A DNA stretch of 64,000 nt from Eledone cirrhosa (taxonomy: Eukaryota), in the NCBI GenBank assembly GCA_964016885.1, contig OZ024743.1, positions 304,854,001-304,918,000 of the forward strand, written 5' to 3'. Both the position numbers and the translations under genes were made by a program. Positions 51,340 through 64,000 of this stretch are shown here, in pieces. The notes under the pieces were generated by a model. The model saw nothing but the letters and a program-made list of their open reading frames with translations, was not told where the DNA came from and did no database searches. Position 1 is the stretch's first letter, and each line of letters opens with the position of its first letter.

Positions 51340-53050
51340 ATAAAAATGTAAACGCATGAATTATCAACAGTTCAAAATCTTGTCCGTAAAAATTTACAGG
51401 TTAGATGTTTAAACTATATTTAAAACAGAGATAGAAAAATAAAGATAGAGAAATAAAGGTGTGGATCAAAGTTAATAATATCCAAAAAACCATATGTTAT
51501 GTATATCAACGTACCAGCATGCTATTAAACAAATGTAATTCATTCAAACGTTATTTCCTTTATAGATGGTTATAAGATAAAGCAATATTAAAGTTTATAA
51601 GCCATTAAGGTTTTCAACTGTTGATGATGTACGTATAAAAACCAAATTTGGTTGCTTACTGTTTTTTCCTGATCTTATGGGAGGCTTGGAATGTAGACAA
51701 GGCTTTATGAAGGCAGATTGAGAATAATTCACTTTTTTTGTTAATTAAGTTCTCATAATTATTAATAATCAAAAGGGTCTCCATTGTACAAAGCGCGCAG
51801 TTACTTGATATACTTGAGTTGCGGTAAACTCCACTATTACGAAGTTTCGTCCAAAAGATGGAGTATTTTAAATTATTATCTTTTCATGACCATATAAGCT
51901 GTGATAATGAAGTGGATGATTTCCTATTGGAATTCGAAAATGAACATTTATGATTCGCAAATCTAGCTTTAAATGTAGAAGAAGTCGATCCTATGTAGTT
52001 GTATGTGTTGTAATCAGTTTTTACGGTGCATTTATACACCAAATTACTATCCAAACAATTATTTTGCAGAGGGCAATCAAGTTTATTTCTACAATTACAT
52101 TTTGATTTATTATTATTTACGTTAACACTATTATTAAGATCATTATGCTAATTCTGCTTTAGAATTTTACTGTTTATTTTACCAATGTTTTGGGCCATAT
52201 TCATAGTTGTAGAATAAGATAATTTAATAGTGTGTCTATTAAAAATGGAATGGTATTTATGTTGACTAGGGAAAGAGCTGTCCAAAGCTTTAAAGAATAG
52301 GTTTGCAATTGGTGTTCTAACTGCTACGGAAGCAGGGGGGGAGGGCAAACCATATGACTGATTGAGTTCTAGTTCTTTTCCTCGATTTGGTCCCCGTATG
52401 GGTGTTTGAATTATAATCATTAGAGTTTCTCTTATATATGCCGTTATTTTTATCAGGATTAAAACTTGGATTATTATTGTCTACATATTCTATATTATTC
52501 TCATATCCTGCTCTTTTTAACGCATCATTGTAGTATGCTGCATTATCATCAAATATTGCTTTATTAGCTGATATTCTATTAATGAGTTTTTGCACACTAT
52601 TTACTATACCTTTTTTTACAGATTTAGGGTGATTTGAGTAGTAACTAACATAGTTTAGGTTTTCATTGGGCTTATGAAAAGGGTAATAAAAGCCAGAGTT
52701 TAAGTTAAACGTAACATCTAGGAAATTAACTATTTTGGTACCATTTTCTACTTCTAACTTAAGGTCATCCATTTTAAAGAATTCTATTATACTTTTCTTT
52801 ACTCTATTTAGTTCAATATTGTTGTGTTTGACCACCGTAAATAAAATGTCGTCCCTATATAAACCACCAGTAATCTCCAGCAATTTTCTATTTATCATAT
52901 TTAATATGAAAATTCCCAGAAGATCTGTGATTTGCGCAGAATCGGATGCCCCCATAGTAATATCAAAGTTTCTATTTCTATCTGAGCGGGTCCAATACTC
53001 ATTGTTGAAGTTAATAAGAGTTCTTCTAGCTGTTAGTATGATATCAATTT
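51340..53050 (-). mobile_element. Penelope-like element fragment 2: C-terminal RT plus GIY-YIG, disrupted
   Basis: MGASDSAQITDLLG...GGLYRDD...VNFLDVTFNL...PFHKPNE...SNHP. Manual translation of ~51657-52115 gives KCNCRNKLDCPLQNNCLDSNLVYKCTV...NYIGSTSSTFKARFANH...CALCTME...INKKSELFSICLH. Confidence 0.92.
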
Positions 53051-53064
53051 CATATATATATATA

Positions 53065-53127
<63 letters not shown>

Positions 53128-54089
53128 TAGACATGAAAAATGCGCAAGCTCAATAGAGCCACAGAATGTTATAAGAAACCTTCAAAAGTGTGGGACTAGC
53201 AGTCTATATAAATTTTCTTTATTCCCTGACCAAATTAATGAGATTTGTTGTTATTGCACATAATTTGATGACTTTTTGGAGTGTATTAAAAGATAACAAC
53301 AATTGATGATCAAATTGTTATCTTAAGCAACTCTCTTTTTAATAGTTGTTGGCTGAGCAAAATTGGAAAAGCCTATGAGCAAATATTTAAAAAAATACAC
53401 AAACTACGTTTCCTTGTATTGGTGCAACATTAAATAAAATAATTGAGTAATGTCGTCAGATTTTACTCTTATTGCACATTAATAGTATTTCTATTTTTCG
53501 GCACAAATCCATTACCGCAGTCCATTACTGGTACATTATTTTATCGAACTGGTAAGGATGAAAGGCAAAGTTAACCTCGGCGGGATTTGAACTTAGAACG
53601 CAAAGGGCCATAACAATGCTACAAAGCATGGTGTCTGACGCTTACCAATACTTGTGTTGAGCTGGTCATCAAATTGTGGTGGTCGTGCGTGGAGTAGAAC
53701 AACAAGTGCTAGACGAAATAGTATGAACAAAACATTTTTATTTGTCGAAGAACATATTTTCAATACTGTTTGTGAATGGGCATCTACTTATAGTGACAGT
53801 GTATTACTGGTACTTTATTTTATCGACCCCGTAAGGATGAAAGGCAAAGTTAATACTGACAATAAGGCAATAGTGAAAATTTGCGCCTTTTCAATAATTT
53901 ATCGTCTGCTCACGTTGCAGTAAAGGGAAATAACTCGTCTCTCAACTGCATTTATACATTTTAACTGAAATATCAATATTACACATTCAATTTGAAATTT
54001 TTTTCGACTGATCTCTCCGTTGGAGCTTAATCTATAAGTTTAGATGTGTGGCGACTGTTTTAGTAGAGACAGACAGACAGACAACCTCA

Positions 54090-54153
<64 letters not shown>

Positions 54154-54160
54154 TATAATA

Positions 54161-54472
54161 TATAAGATCAAAAGATGGTTAAAGGAGTTCCATGTATTTT
54201 ATTATGCGCATTTCAAAAACAAACATCATCATGCAATAATATTTGTGTTTTCATCAGATAAAACAGGAGGACATGATATGAAGGCTAAAAAACACTTGTG
54301 GATAGTGCAGTTTTAAATCAACATGCACTATCCACAAGTGTTTTTTAGCCTTCATATCATGTCCTCCTGTTTTATCTGATGAAAACACAAATATTATTAC
54401 ATGATGATGTTTGTTTTTGAAATGCGCATAATAAAATACATGGAACTCCTTTAACCATCTTTTGATCTTATA
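54161..54472. repeat. Long inverted repeat: 149-bp arms (one mismatch), 14-nt loop
   Basis: 54161-54309 is the reverse complement of 54324-54472; ORFs 54044+ and 54547- share the same peptide. Confidence 0.97.
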
Positions 54473-55175
54473 CATTATGTATACTCCAGTCCTACAAACT
54501 GTAGAGTGCTTCTTATCCGATATCTGCATTGCTTTATTGTACTTCAATAAAACTCACCTCCTACATATATAAATATATATATACATATCAAGGATTTTTA
54601 AACGCGTGTGACACAAATTTTTACAATGTTTTTAGAAAAATTATTTTTACAAATATTTACAAACAAAGTATAGTTTGTATTACAATCGGAACTCTGCCTA
54701 TACTCGATTGCAATATATAAAGAGGAACAAGATGCAAAGATATATTTCTTTATTTGGCACAAGGGCGCACAAAAATGAGACATTACAGAATATGAATATA
54801 CGCTATTTTGAAGTGTTTAAACATTTTTTACAAACAAAAATTTAAAATCGTTTTGTACAAACGATAAATTTAAAAATATTTGTACAAACTTTTACGATAG
54901 ACTTTCATCTGATCTATTGACCGCCTAACTCTAACGTCAATATATTACATTTGTCTTAAAAATAGTTAATATAAATTTAAAAAAATCATATAACGACGAA
55001 ATAACAAAATTAAATGAACTAGGAAAACAAACAAAAAACATGGCGGATGCTTTTGAGCAACACATACTCTGATTGGTTGAAAATTAGGCAATGGAAAAAA
55101 ATTGACGATCTACACATATATGTTAGAACACTAAAGTGACTAAAACATTCTGTTGTTAATCACTTCGTGTCTAAC

Positions 55176-55235
<60 letters not shown>

Positions 55236-55346
55236 GTACTGTTGACCATGTTATTCTCCACTTTTTCAATTTTACATACATATATATATGCTAGAGTGGA
55301 AGATAGACGTTAAACGATGCTGAAGATGATGATGATATGTATGTAT

Positions 55347-58300
55347 ATCATCATCATCATCATCATTTTACATCCACTTTTCCTTGCTTGCAAGGGAGGG
55401 GCAGGTCATATTCATCATACCATCCTTATTCATCTCCTGCGTGAGCACCACCTCCATCCATGTTTTTCGTGATCTTCCTCTACTGAGTCTTCCATCTACT
55501 GGGATTTCTTGGCATTTCTTTACCCAGCGGCCATCCTCAATGCACATCAAATGCCCATACCACTGCAGTCTTCTCTCCTGCACAAAACAACTTATCACTC
55601 TTATACTAAGTTTCTCTCTCAACTCATCTATGCTCGGATGTTCACACACATTGAGATAACACATCCAACGGAGCATGCTTGCTTCATTTCTCTCAGCCAT
55701 CGCATATCCTCCACAGTTGCTGCCCATGTCTCACTACCATTCAGCATCACGCATCTCATGCAGGCATCATATAACCTGCCTTTTGTACCCAGTGGGAAAC
55801 CCTTCTTTGTAAACAGAGGAAGCGGCTCCCTAAACTTCTTCCAACCCATTCTTATTCTAGATACTTTGGCCTCGGAACACCCCCCTCCCATGCTAATCTG
55901 ATCATCTAATTACCGGAAGCTATCAACCACTTCCATAGAACCTAGCTGCATTTGAAAAATATATCACTGCGACTCCAACTGTCAAATTACCCTGTTAGTT
56001 TGCCTGCTATCCCACTACATCTCTTGTGTACCCAAGATCTGCATGGTGTACATTTTATAGAGTTTATGCGAGCTCTTTTTCTACATATCGAACATGGCTA
56101 TTTCCCTGATGGAATCAGAGTTTTGTCCTCTTTTCTACTTATCAACACTTTTGTCTTCGCTAGGTTCACTCTCAGCCCTCTTGATTCCAACTGCTGCTTC
56201 CATAGCCAGAATTTATTCTCTAGCTCCTCTACTGATTCTGATATAAGAACCAGATTGTCAGCATAGAGAAGTTTCCATGGGCAGCCAGTCTTAAATTCCT
56301 CTGTTATTTTTTGGAGGACTATAATGAACAAAAGCAGGCTGAGGACCGAACACTGATGTACTCCTACTTCTATCTGTAATTCCTCACTAAACTCCATTCC
56401 TATCCTCACTTTACTGACAGCACCTCTGTACATAGCTTGCACTGTCCTCCCAAGCCATTCCTCTACACCTAGTTTCATTAGGGACCAGCAGATGACAGAT
56501 CGGGTACTCTATCAAAGGCATTCTCTAGGTCAACAAAAGCTAAGTATAACAGCTTATTCTTCTCTAAGAACCTCTCTTGTAGTTGCCTCACTAAGAAGAT
56601 GGCATCTGTTGTACTTTTCTCAGGCATCTCATCTAGTTTGACCCTTTCTCTAATTAGTTGCGCTAATATTCTTTCTGCCACTTTCATAACGTGATCCATC
56701 AGTTTTATGCCTCTATAATTGCTCCTCTCCAGAGCATCCCCTTTACCTTTATAGCAATTTATGAAAATACTGCTGCACCAGTGTTTGGGTATGACTCCGC
56801 CATATATAGCTTGATTGATGATGCATGCAACCAGTTTAGCACCTACTTCTCCTGAGTCCTTCAGCTTCTCAGCAACTATCCCCACTTTTCATTTCGTTAA
56901 TTGCCTCTTGGAGCCTATATTCGTCAATCTCAATAGCTGGTCCTTCTGTCGGGTCTACTGGGGGGTAGTTTCTCTCTCTCCCATTCGTTCTCCATATTCA
57001 TCAGTCTCTCATAATGACATTTCCAGGCCTCCTTTTTCTGATCATTCATGACACTAAGTACACCAGCATCATTCTGGACACACTTATCTCCAACAACATC
57101 CTCATTTACACTGACACACTGCCTTGCAATGCGGAACACCACATGTCTCTGATCTTCCCATCACACGACATTGGCAAACCTCCTACTCTCAGCCTATCTG
57201 CATGCTAAGTACACCTAACGTCTAGCTTCTGTCTTAGCGGCTGTGTATCGGTCTCTACACCCACCATTTTTCCAAGCAGTCTTTGTCTCTTATGGCCCTA
57301 TCTACCGTGCTGTTCCACCACCAGGTCACTCTCAGTCTGGTCAGAGCTCTGCTCCAGCCACAAGTTTCTTCAGTAGCCTGCAGTAAGTTGTCATGTAAGA
57401 AATTCCAGTTATTATCTATGTCATACGATTCTAAATCGTCTTCTTTCTCATCATACACATCTTGAAGGACCTAAATTTATATTTTAGTGAAAGGTCTTTT
57501 AGTTTCCAGACCTTCCTTTTCCACACCTTACTGTATGTCTCATTTTTTCTCTTGCTTATTGAGATGTCACTAGCGTCTAACCTATGATCTGGTGTACATG
57601 GTATGCCTTATTATTTGACACCACTGTCTGTCTCGCTGCCTAACTAGCAAGAAGTCAATCTGGCTGATGTGCTCGCCTGATTGATAGGTTATTAGGTGGT
57701 TGGTAGTTTTCTTGATGTTAGTGTTGCAAATGGTTAGTGCACTTACATCACAAAATTCAATAAGCATCACTCCTTCTTCTTTTCTTGAGCCATAACTGTG
57801 TCCACCATGTACCCCAGTGTATCCATCCTGGAGCTGTCCAACATGACTATTGAAGTCCTCTGCTAGCATAACAATTTCTCTGTCCTCTGTGATGGTGGCT
57901 GTTTCTAAAAGTTGCTCGTAAAAGCAGTCTTTCTCTTCTTTATCTATGCCTGTATGGGGAGCATAGGTAGAGATGATTGTCAGCAGTCTCTTGCCTAAAA
58001 CTCATCTAATCTTGATTATTCTATTACTGACTATAACTACCTCTATTGTTTTATTGATCCATCTCTCGTCAAGTAAAATGCCTATCCCACCTAACCCATC
58101 ATCATTCCCTACCCAGAGAAGCTTATAGCTGAGATGTTTGCCTGTGATTAGTCTTGCTGAGGCACCTCTCGATCTCACCTCTAGCATGCAGCTCACATCC
58201 ACATGTCTTCTCTCTAGCATCTCCATATCTTACTAGATCTACCTGTTAGAGTGCCAACATTAACTGTGTCAACTCTGAGATTTGACGCCTTCATATTCTT

Positions 58301-58660
58301 GTTCTTGTTGTGCGATTGCTTGATGACAGTCCGCGGGTTCTCCCACATGGCTACACCAGCCACCCCACTACCGCGTGCAGCCCTAACATGGTTAGTGTTA
58401 TTGCAGTTTACGCAGTTGTTGCAATTCATATTTGTTGTGCTCATAGTTCTTGGCATTAATATATACTGGTTGGATGCCCTTCCTAACACCAGCACCACTT
58501 TACAGCATGGACTAGGTGCTTTTAATTGTGCCATCGGCACTAGGAAAGTTGTTTTACTGGACTTTGGGAACTTCTCTACCCCGTAACAATTTATTCAGAG
58601 TGGCGGCTCTCCTAGATGGGTGGCCTACACTACGGCTTATGGAGCCTCCGTCCACCCCTT
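55347..58660 (-). mobile_element. Near full-length, more decayed RTE LINE of a second PHD-bearing subfamily
   Basis: NLRVDTVNVGTLTGRS, EMLERRHVDV, DFNSHVG, SQIDFLL, NYRGIKLMD, DLENAFDRV, LLYADNL, RLQWYGHL; (CAT)n tail at 55347. Confidence 0.92.
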
Positions 58661-60523
58661 GTCTGCTCTATACTATATGCATGAGTGTTTGGCATGCAGC
58701 GTTAGGTATATATACTGAATGTAGTGAAGTTGGAGTGGGTAGGTGGGAAAGGAAATGGCGTTCTCATAACACAGCTTCTTCTCTTAATGTATAAAATCAT
58801 AGTGTTGTGTAAACACCGCTATGCTAACGACTTTTCTTTCTCACACGAGTACACACATGAGTACACAGCTTCTAACAATATAATATATATATCAACATAA
58901 TAATCATTTTATGTTCACTTTTCCCTGCTTGCAACACACACACACATATATAAATATATATTAGATTGCCCACTAAATAGATAAAATATACTATAAATTC
59001 ATATCTGGACACAAAGACACAAGATTTAACCAAAGCTACAAAATATATTGGGTCGTGTGTTGAGCGAAACACATAATTTTCCATTTCTCCAGTATACCAT
59101 GAAAATGAGTACCAGCAATAGCTGGGGATTTAACCCTGTGATGGACTGGTGCCCTGCTCAGGAGGTAATATTGTACTCTCAGTCACTTAATGCTACAGAA
59201 ACTGGGACGAGCATCGGCCTGATAAGCCTCTAGGCTTTTCAGTTAGACATTTCAGAATTTCACTACCTCTCCTAAGTATCTATTCTCACCATCACTAAAC
59301 TTCCACCCCTACTTCATCCAGGACAACTTCAACCTACCTAATCCTTAAATCCTAACACCCACATTCTATCCAGATTCATCACTCTACCCAGCATCACCCC
59401 ACCTCTAAAATTATAACAAACCACTCATAACTTCATCTCTTCACAGTAGCTGTTATTATCACAGTAAACTCCTTATATTACTGGAGTTTAAAACCCTATG
59501 TCAATTAACACCACTTCACCACACTTTATATTTCAGAAGTTTATTCTATCTGGCTATGGATGTAGTGACCCTCACCTTCACAGCAGCATCTAGGATGTAA
59601 AATGCAATGTGTAACTAACAGTGATATTCCTCATGAGCAGAGGCATAACTAGAGAAAATAGTGCCAATGGCAAGCAGTGAAATTGCGCCTCTGCCCAAAC
59701 ATTTTTCACTATTCAACAATAGCCTATCTAACTTTAATAGAAAGTGCTGCTAGTCCAAGTGATGCCCTTCAAGTGGTACCCATGGCATGTCCCATGCTTG
59801 ATATACTCTAGTTATACCTTTGCTGAAGAGGTATTTAATTGTAGTTGAAGGGGAATGGACATGACCATCAGGCATCCTCTCATTGACCATGGTCAATCCT
59901 GCTGGCTCTAGAATTAGGCAATATGGACTCTGGATAGTTCCCATTTCGTTATCAGGCTCAACTCAGTGTAGTATGTAAATCAGCCTGCATTTAGTTGATA
60001 TGGTAATATATGAAGATCCATGGAATCAAAAGACTTGTCACTTTAACATTTTAATCCCCTACAAAATAACCTAATGGTTAGGTTGCTTGACATAGGATCA
60101 TAATGTCATTGGTTCAATTCCTAGGTGCTGCATTGTGTTCTTCAGTAAAACACTATTTCACATTTCTACAGTACACTGAGGTGAGTGTAAGTACCATCAC
60201 TTGCTGGGGAATTAGATATGTGATAGACCAGTGTCCTGTCCAGTCTTGCACCCTCAGTTGCTAGGAAACCAGAGACAAGCACGGGCATGATCAGCCTTTG
60301 GCTGAGAACAGATGACAAGAAAAATTCGAGTGATAGTGATGTGAAGATCATCCAAACTAGGCCACTGATGTTGTCAAAAGGAAAAGCCATAAACCAGCCT
60401 TCACAGAATTTGACTCTCAGAAATTAAATGATACTTTAAGTATTGATCAGATTGATCAAAAATGGAACTAAAAAATTGCATGTTTTTAAAATGTTCAATA
60501 ATTTTTTCTGTTTGTTTATACAG

Positions 60524-60631
60524 TTTGTCCAGCTGAAACAAGGAGTTGCAAAAATAATTTCTGTTATAGTGAATCTAAATTATGTGATATAATCTATGAT
60601 TGTAGTGATGGCAGTGATGAAGAAAATTGTC
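60524..60631 (+). CDS. Exon F (108 nt, phase 1-1); LDL-receptor class A domain
   Basis: tttgtttatacAG / GTAAGT. VCPAETRSCKNNFCYSESKLCDIIYDCSDGSDEENC has six Cys and the DCxDGSDE calcium-binding signature. Confidence 0.95.
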
Positions 60632-60699
60632 GTAAGTTGTTTATTTTTCTATTATCAATATCATGGTCATCATTTCTGTATAAAATACAAGTTAATAAA

Positions 60700-63060
60700 A
60701 CATTTAAAAAGTTACATAGTTAATGCTTCCAGCTAACAGACAGCTTTCTTTTTAGATCTGCTTTATCAATAATTAAACAACACTGATGTTTCTAATCAAT
60801 AACCTAAGACCAATGAACTCGCACTCAACTAAGTCCATAAATTAGTTTTCAGTCACTGGTTTTAGATGTTTTCTTTCATTGTGTCAATAATGACAAACTC
60901 TCTTGTAGAATTGATAAGTTCCTGATTATCCCCATTTATAATCAAACCTTAATTCCTTGTCATGTATTCCAATAAATTGATGTTTTGTTTATTTATTTAC
61001 TTTATTGCTTTTTATTGGTTTGATTTTAAAATCTAGTCCTCTGAATCTGAGGACAAGGAATTGGTTTACATTCCTCTTGATCTTTTACATTACAAGTAGA
61101 TTCCTGCAGAAAAGATATGTACTGCGAGGAAATTCCAAAGGGTGAAGGGTCAATATTTTCGGGCTTGGCATAACGAATGGTAAAGTACTTTGAGGGTGAT
61201 CATAATATGAAAAGATGAAGGAGTTGTTAGTGCCTGAGTGGGGATGGCACAAAACAAGACATCAGAGACTATTGTGGAAGCAGTAAAGAGAGGAGACAGC
61301 ACACTTAAGGAACAAATATTGGCGTGTGTTGGTGAGAACCTTCAGGCAAATCAATTTAGTAGCTTTTTTCTAACTGTAATCAATGATGTATGTGCATGTA
61401 TCAATGACCCAGTGACCCTGTTTTCAGTGAAAGGGCAGTATTCTATTATGGAATACACTTGAATTTGTAGAGAGTTAATCATTGTTGCAGGTTGAAGTAA
61501 TCTCTGGCTGTTAATAGCAAGTCAGACCAAGAGATTCTCAGTGATAGTAAGGCCAAGCAATTGTAGTAACCCCTAGTGTATTAGTTGCCTGCTGTTCAGG
61601 TTTAGGAGGGATGTAGCATGATATGTCCTTGACTGGTTTGGTGATTGTGTGTCCTATTGAAGGAGAAAAGATTAACTTGACTTTATTGGAGGATATGTTT
61701 GAGATGTCTGTTCATGGAGTTAGTGAAGATTTGAAATAACTCAATTTAATAAAGTGTAGGTCAGAGAGCTCCATGTGTGATGAGCTCAGTACATGTGTGA
61801 TGATGTAATGAGCCAAAAGAAGGAAAATATATGGAGCTCATAGGCATGCAATTTTGATAGATTTGCATAAAGCCTAGTTGTTATCAAAGGCAACAATTAT
61901 AATTATTTTCCCCAAATTTCTGGGTGGGTTACATAAGAAAGATCTTTAGTTGCTCTGGCTTTACAAAAGTCATACTAACTGACATTAAAGGAAGAGAGTG
62001 AGAGAGAGAGAGAGAGAGAGAGGGGAAAGATAAGGAGAGGGGAGAGAGAAAGAGAGAGAGTTTATGAATTTAATTAGAATACAGGCTAGATTTAGGGTAT
62101 ATTGATTTAAAAGGATTTTGTCAAAATACTTGTTATATTGAAGCAACTATAATTACTTGGTGTGTATATATGTATATGATGATGATGATGATGATGATGA
62201 TGAGAGTCTAACAGAACATAAAGCCATATTTGGTATGTATATATATATGTGAGTCTATTAGAGTAGAAATGAATATTTGGTATGTATATATGTGTATATG
62301 TGAGTCTATTAGAGTATAAAGCCATAATTAGTATATATATATGAGTATATGTGAGTCTAATAGAGTATAAAGCCATACTTAGTATGTATATATGAGTATA
62401 TGTGAGTCTATTAGAGTATAAGCCATACTTAGTATGTATATATGATTATATGTGAGTCTAGTAAGTAGAAATGGATATTTAGTATGTATATATGATTATA
62501 TGGGAGCATGGTAGAGTAGGAAGCTATAATTCTGGATAGGATTTACCTTGGTTGTACAGTGTGAAGTTTGATACAAATTTTGAGGTAAATGTGGAAGCTT
62601 TTACCATGGGAGTACTGCTTAAAGAACCATAATACTTGAGAAGTGAAAGAATGGTGGATCTCACAAAGTTAGTATTGCTTCTGTCAGGTGCAGTTTGGGA
62701 GATGAGAGGCTGCAAGCTGTGTAATGCTTGGAGGCATCCTTCTTAGTACAGATCTTGGTCTTGAAGGAGCTGCAGGACTGTGAGGGATATTCTACTAGCA
62801 CTGTAGGCTGTCTTCTTTGCCTGAACTTCTGCAGCACATTTGTAAGTGAACCATTTATGAGGACTTGAGGCTTTGAGGGTTGGTTGTATGTAAAATATAG
62901 AACATGCCTAAGAAGATTGTTTCATTCACTTGCTTAGCTGTTTTTGATAGAATTGGGATGAAACACATGTACAGTTAGAGATTGTTGGTATAAGATTGGG
63001 TTACTCTGATCAGTCACTTGACTTGTAGAACCACATGTCAAGCATTGTGCAATATGTGAA
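60700..63060 (-). mobile_element. Highly decayed CR1/L2-like LINE relic, interrupted by simple repeats
   Basis: Only weak relic motifs such as LLGLTITENL.W (~61525-61565) and a PTL-containing QG-box-like stretch (~61750-61775); boundaries uncertain. Confidence 0.35.
62203..62500. repeat. ~50-bp minisatellite (atgtatatatgagtatatgtgagtctattagagtataaagccatacttagt), ~6 units
   Basis: Directly visible. Confidence 0.85.
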
Positions 63061-63154
63061 AGTGTGATGGGTAATTGCAACAAGGCAATAGTTGAACAAG
63101 TTGATATATATAGAAATGATTAGAGGTTGAGTTTGGAAGTAGGAAAGAGGTGAA

Positions 63155-63365
63155 ATAATGTTTGGTGTTCCTGCATGTTAATGAGGCTGGAAGTGAGAAA
63201 GAGATGAAGGATGTTTAGTGTTCCTGCATCTTAATGAGGTTGGTAGTGAGGGAAAAATTAAATGATGTTTGGAGTACCTGTGTGTTAATCCTGGTGGAAG
63301 TGAGAAAGAGATGAAGGATGTTTGGTGCACCTGTATGTTAATGAGGGTAGAAGTGACAAGAAAGA
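63155..63365. repeat. ~52-bp diverged minisatellite (tgtttggtgttcctgcatgttaatgaggctggaagtgagaaagagatgaagga), ~4 units
   Basis: Directly visible. Confidence 0.8.
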
Positions 63366-63938
63366 TATTCGATGTGCTTGTGTGTTAATTGGGGATGTGT
63401 GTAGAGGATGAAACTGATTGATGTGAATAGTTGAGAATTGCAAATAATTTAGTTTCTGTCCTGGTGGCATTGTATGAGATGAGTTTGATAACCATGAGGA
63501 GTTGAGAGAAATGAAGTCACCTAGAATGTTGATCAGAGAGAAGTGAAGCAAGGTAGCTAACCTGGGGTTGGGGATTGGCAATATCAGTATGACACCAGAC
63601 AAAATGATTTGCAGTATTTAGTTATGACTTTCTACTTTCTGAGTTCAAATCTTGCTGTGTTCAGCTTTGCTTCTCCTCCTTCTGGGGTCGATAAAATAAG
63701 TACCAGTTAAGTACTGGGATCAATATAATCAAGTCTTCCTTCCTTCAAATTATTGGCCTTGTGCCAATGCCAGAAATAATATTAATTACAAACATTAAGA
63801 TGTATTTTACTTGAGAGTTAATGGGTTTAAACATTGTTCACCCTTGTACCCCTTCATCTTTTGGATATAACTGACTTAAACATGTTGGTTGTGATCGATT
63901 GATTGATTGATTCTATATATTTTCTTTTTCCTTACTAG

Positions 63939-64000
63939 CTACCTCCATTTCCTGTGATTTCAAATCAAAATACAACTGTGGATATAATATTGAAAATGGA
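63939..64000 (+). CDS. Exon G (partial, phase 1 start); start of a third MAM domain, runs off the window
   Basis: tttctttttccttactAG then PTSISCDFKSKYNCGYNIENG (SCDF...CGY MAM start); in frame with exon F. Confidence 0.85.

Overview
AT-rich animal (eukaryotic) genomic DNA, most likely an octopus/cephalopod. That is inferred from the RTE LINEs with (GAT)n tails, tRNA-derived CORE-type SINEs, Penelope-like elements and dense (TA)n; it is not proven. Nothing here looks prokaryotic. The first ~20.2 kb is a 34-bp satellite (~600 monomers) with higher-order duplications of 2543, 1834 and ~905 bp. The rest contains seven GT-AG exons on the + strand that join in one uninterrupted frame and encode MAM-MAM-LDLa-MAM(start), i.e. 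an internal part of a MAM and LDL-receptor class A domain (MALRD1-like) gene. The introns are packed with retroelements: three near full-length and several truncated copies of an RTE family carrying a PHD finger inside the reverse transcriptase, a BovB-like RTE, an R4/Dong-like relic, two Penelope-like GIY-YIG elements in (TA)n, SINEs and a CR1/L2-like relic. Most notable: nearly every satellite monomer carries a consensus splice donor (GTAAGT) on the gene's sense strand; there are two relic minimal hammerhead ribozymes; a 149-bp-arm near-perfect hairpin; inverted RTE pairs bracketing in-frame exon blocks; and minisatellites born from or split by LINEs. Element boundaries are read by eye and approximate; exon boundaries were checked base by base.
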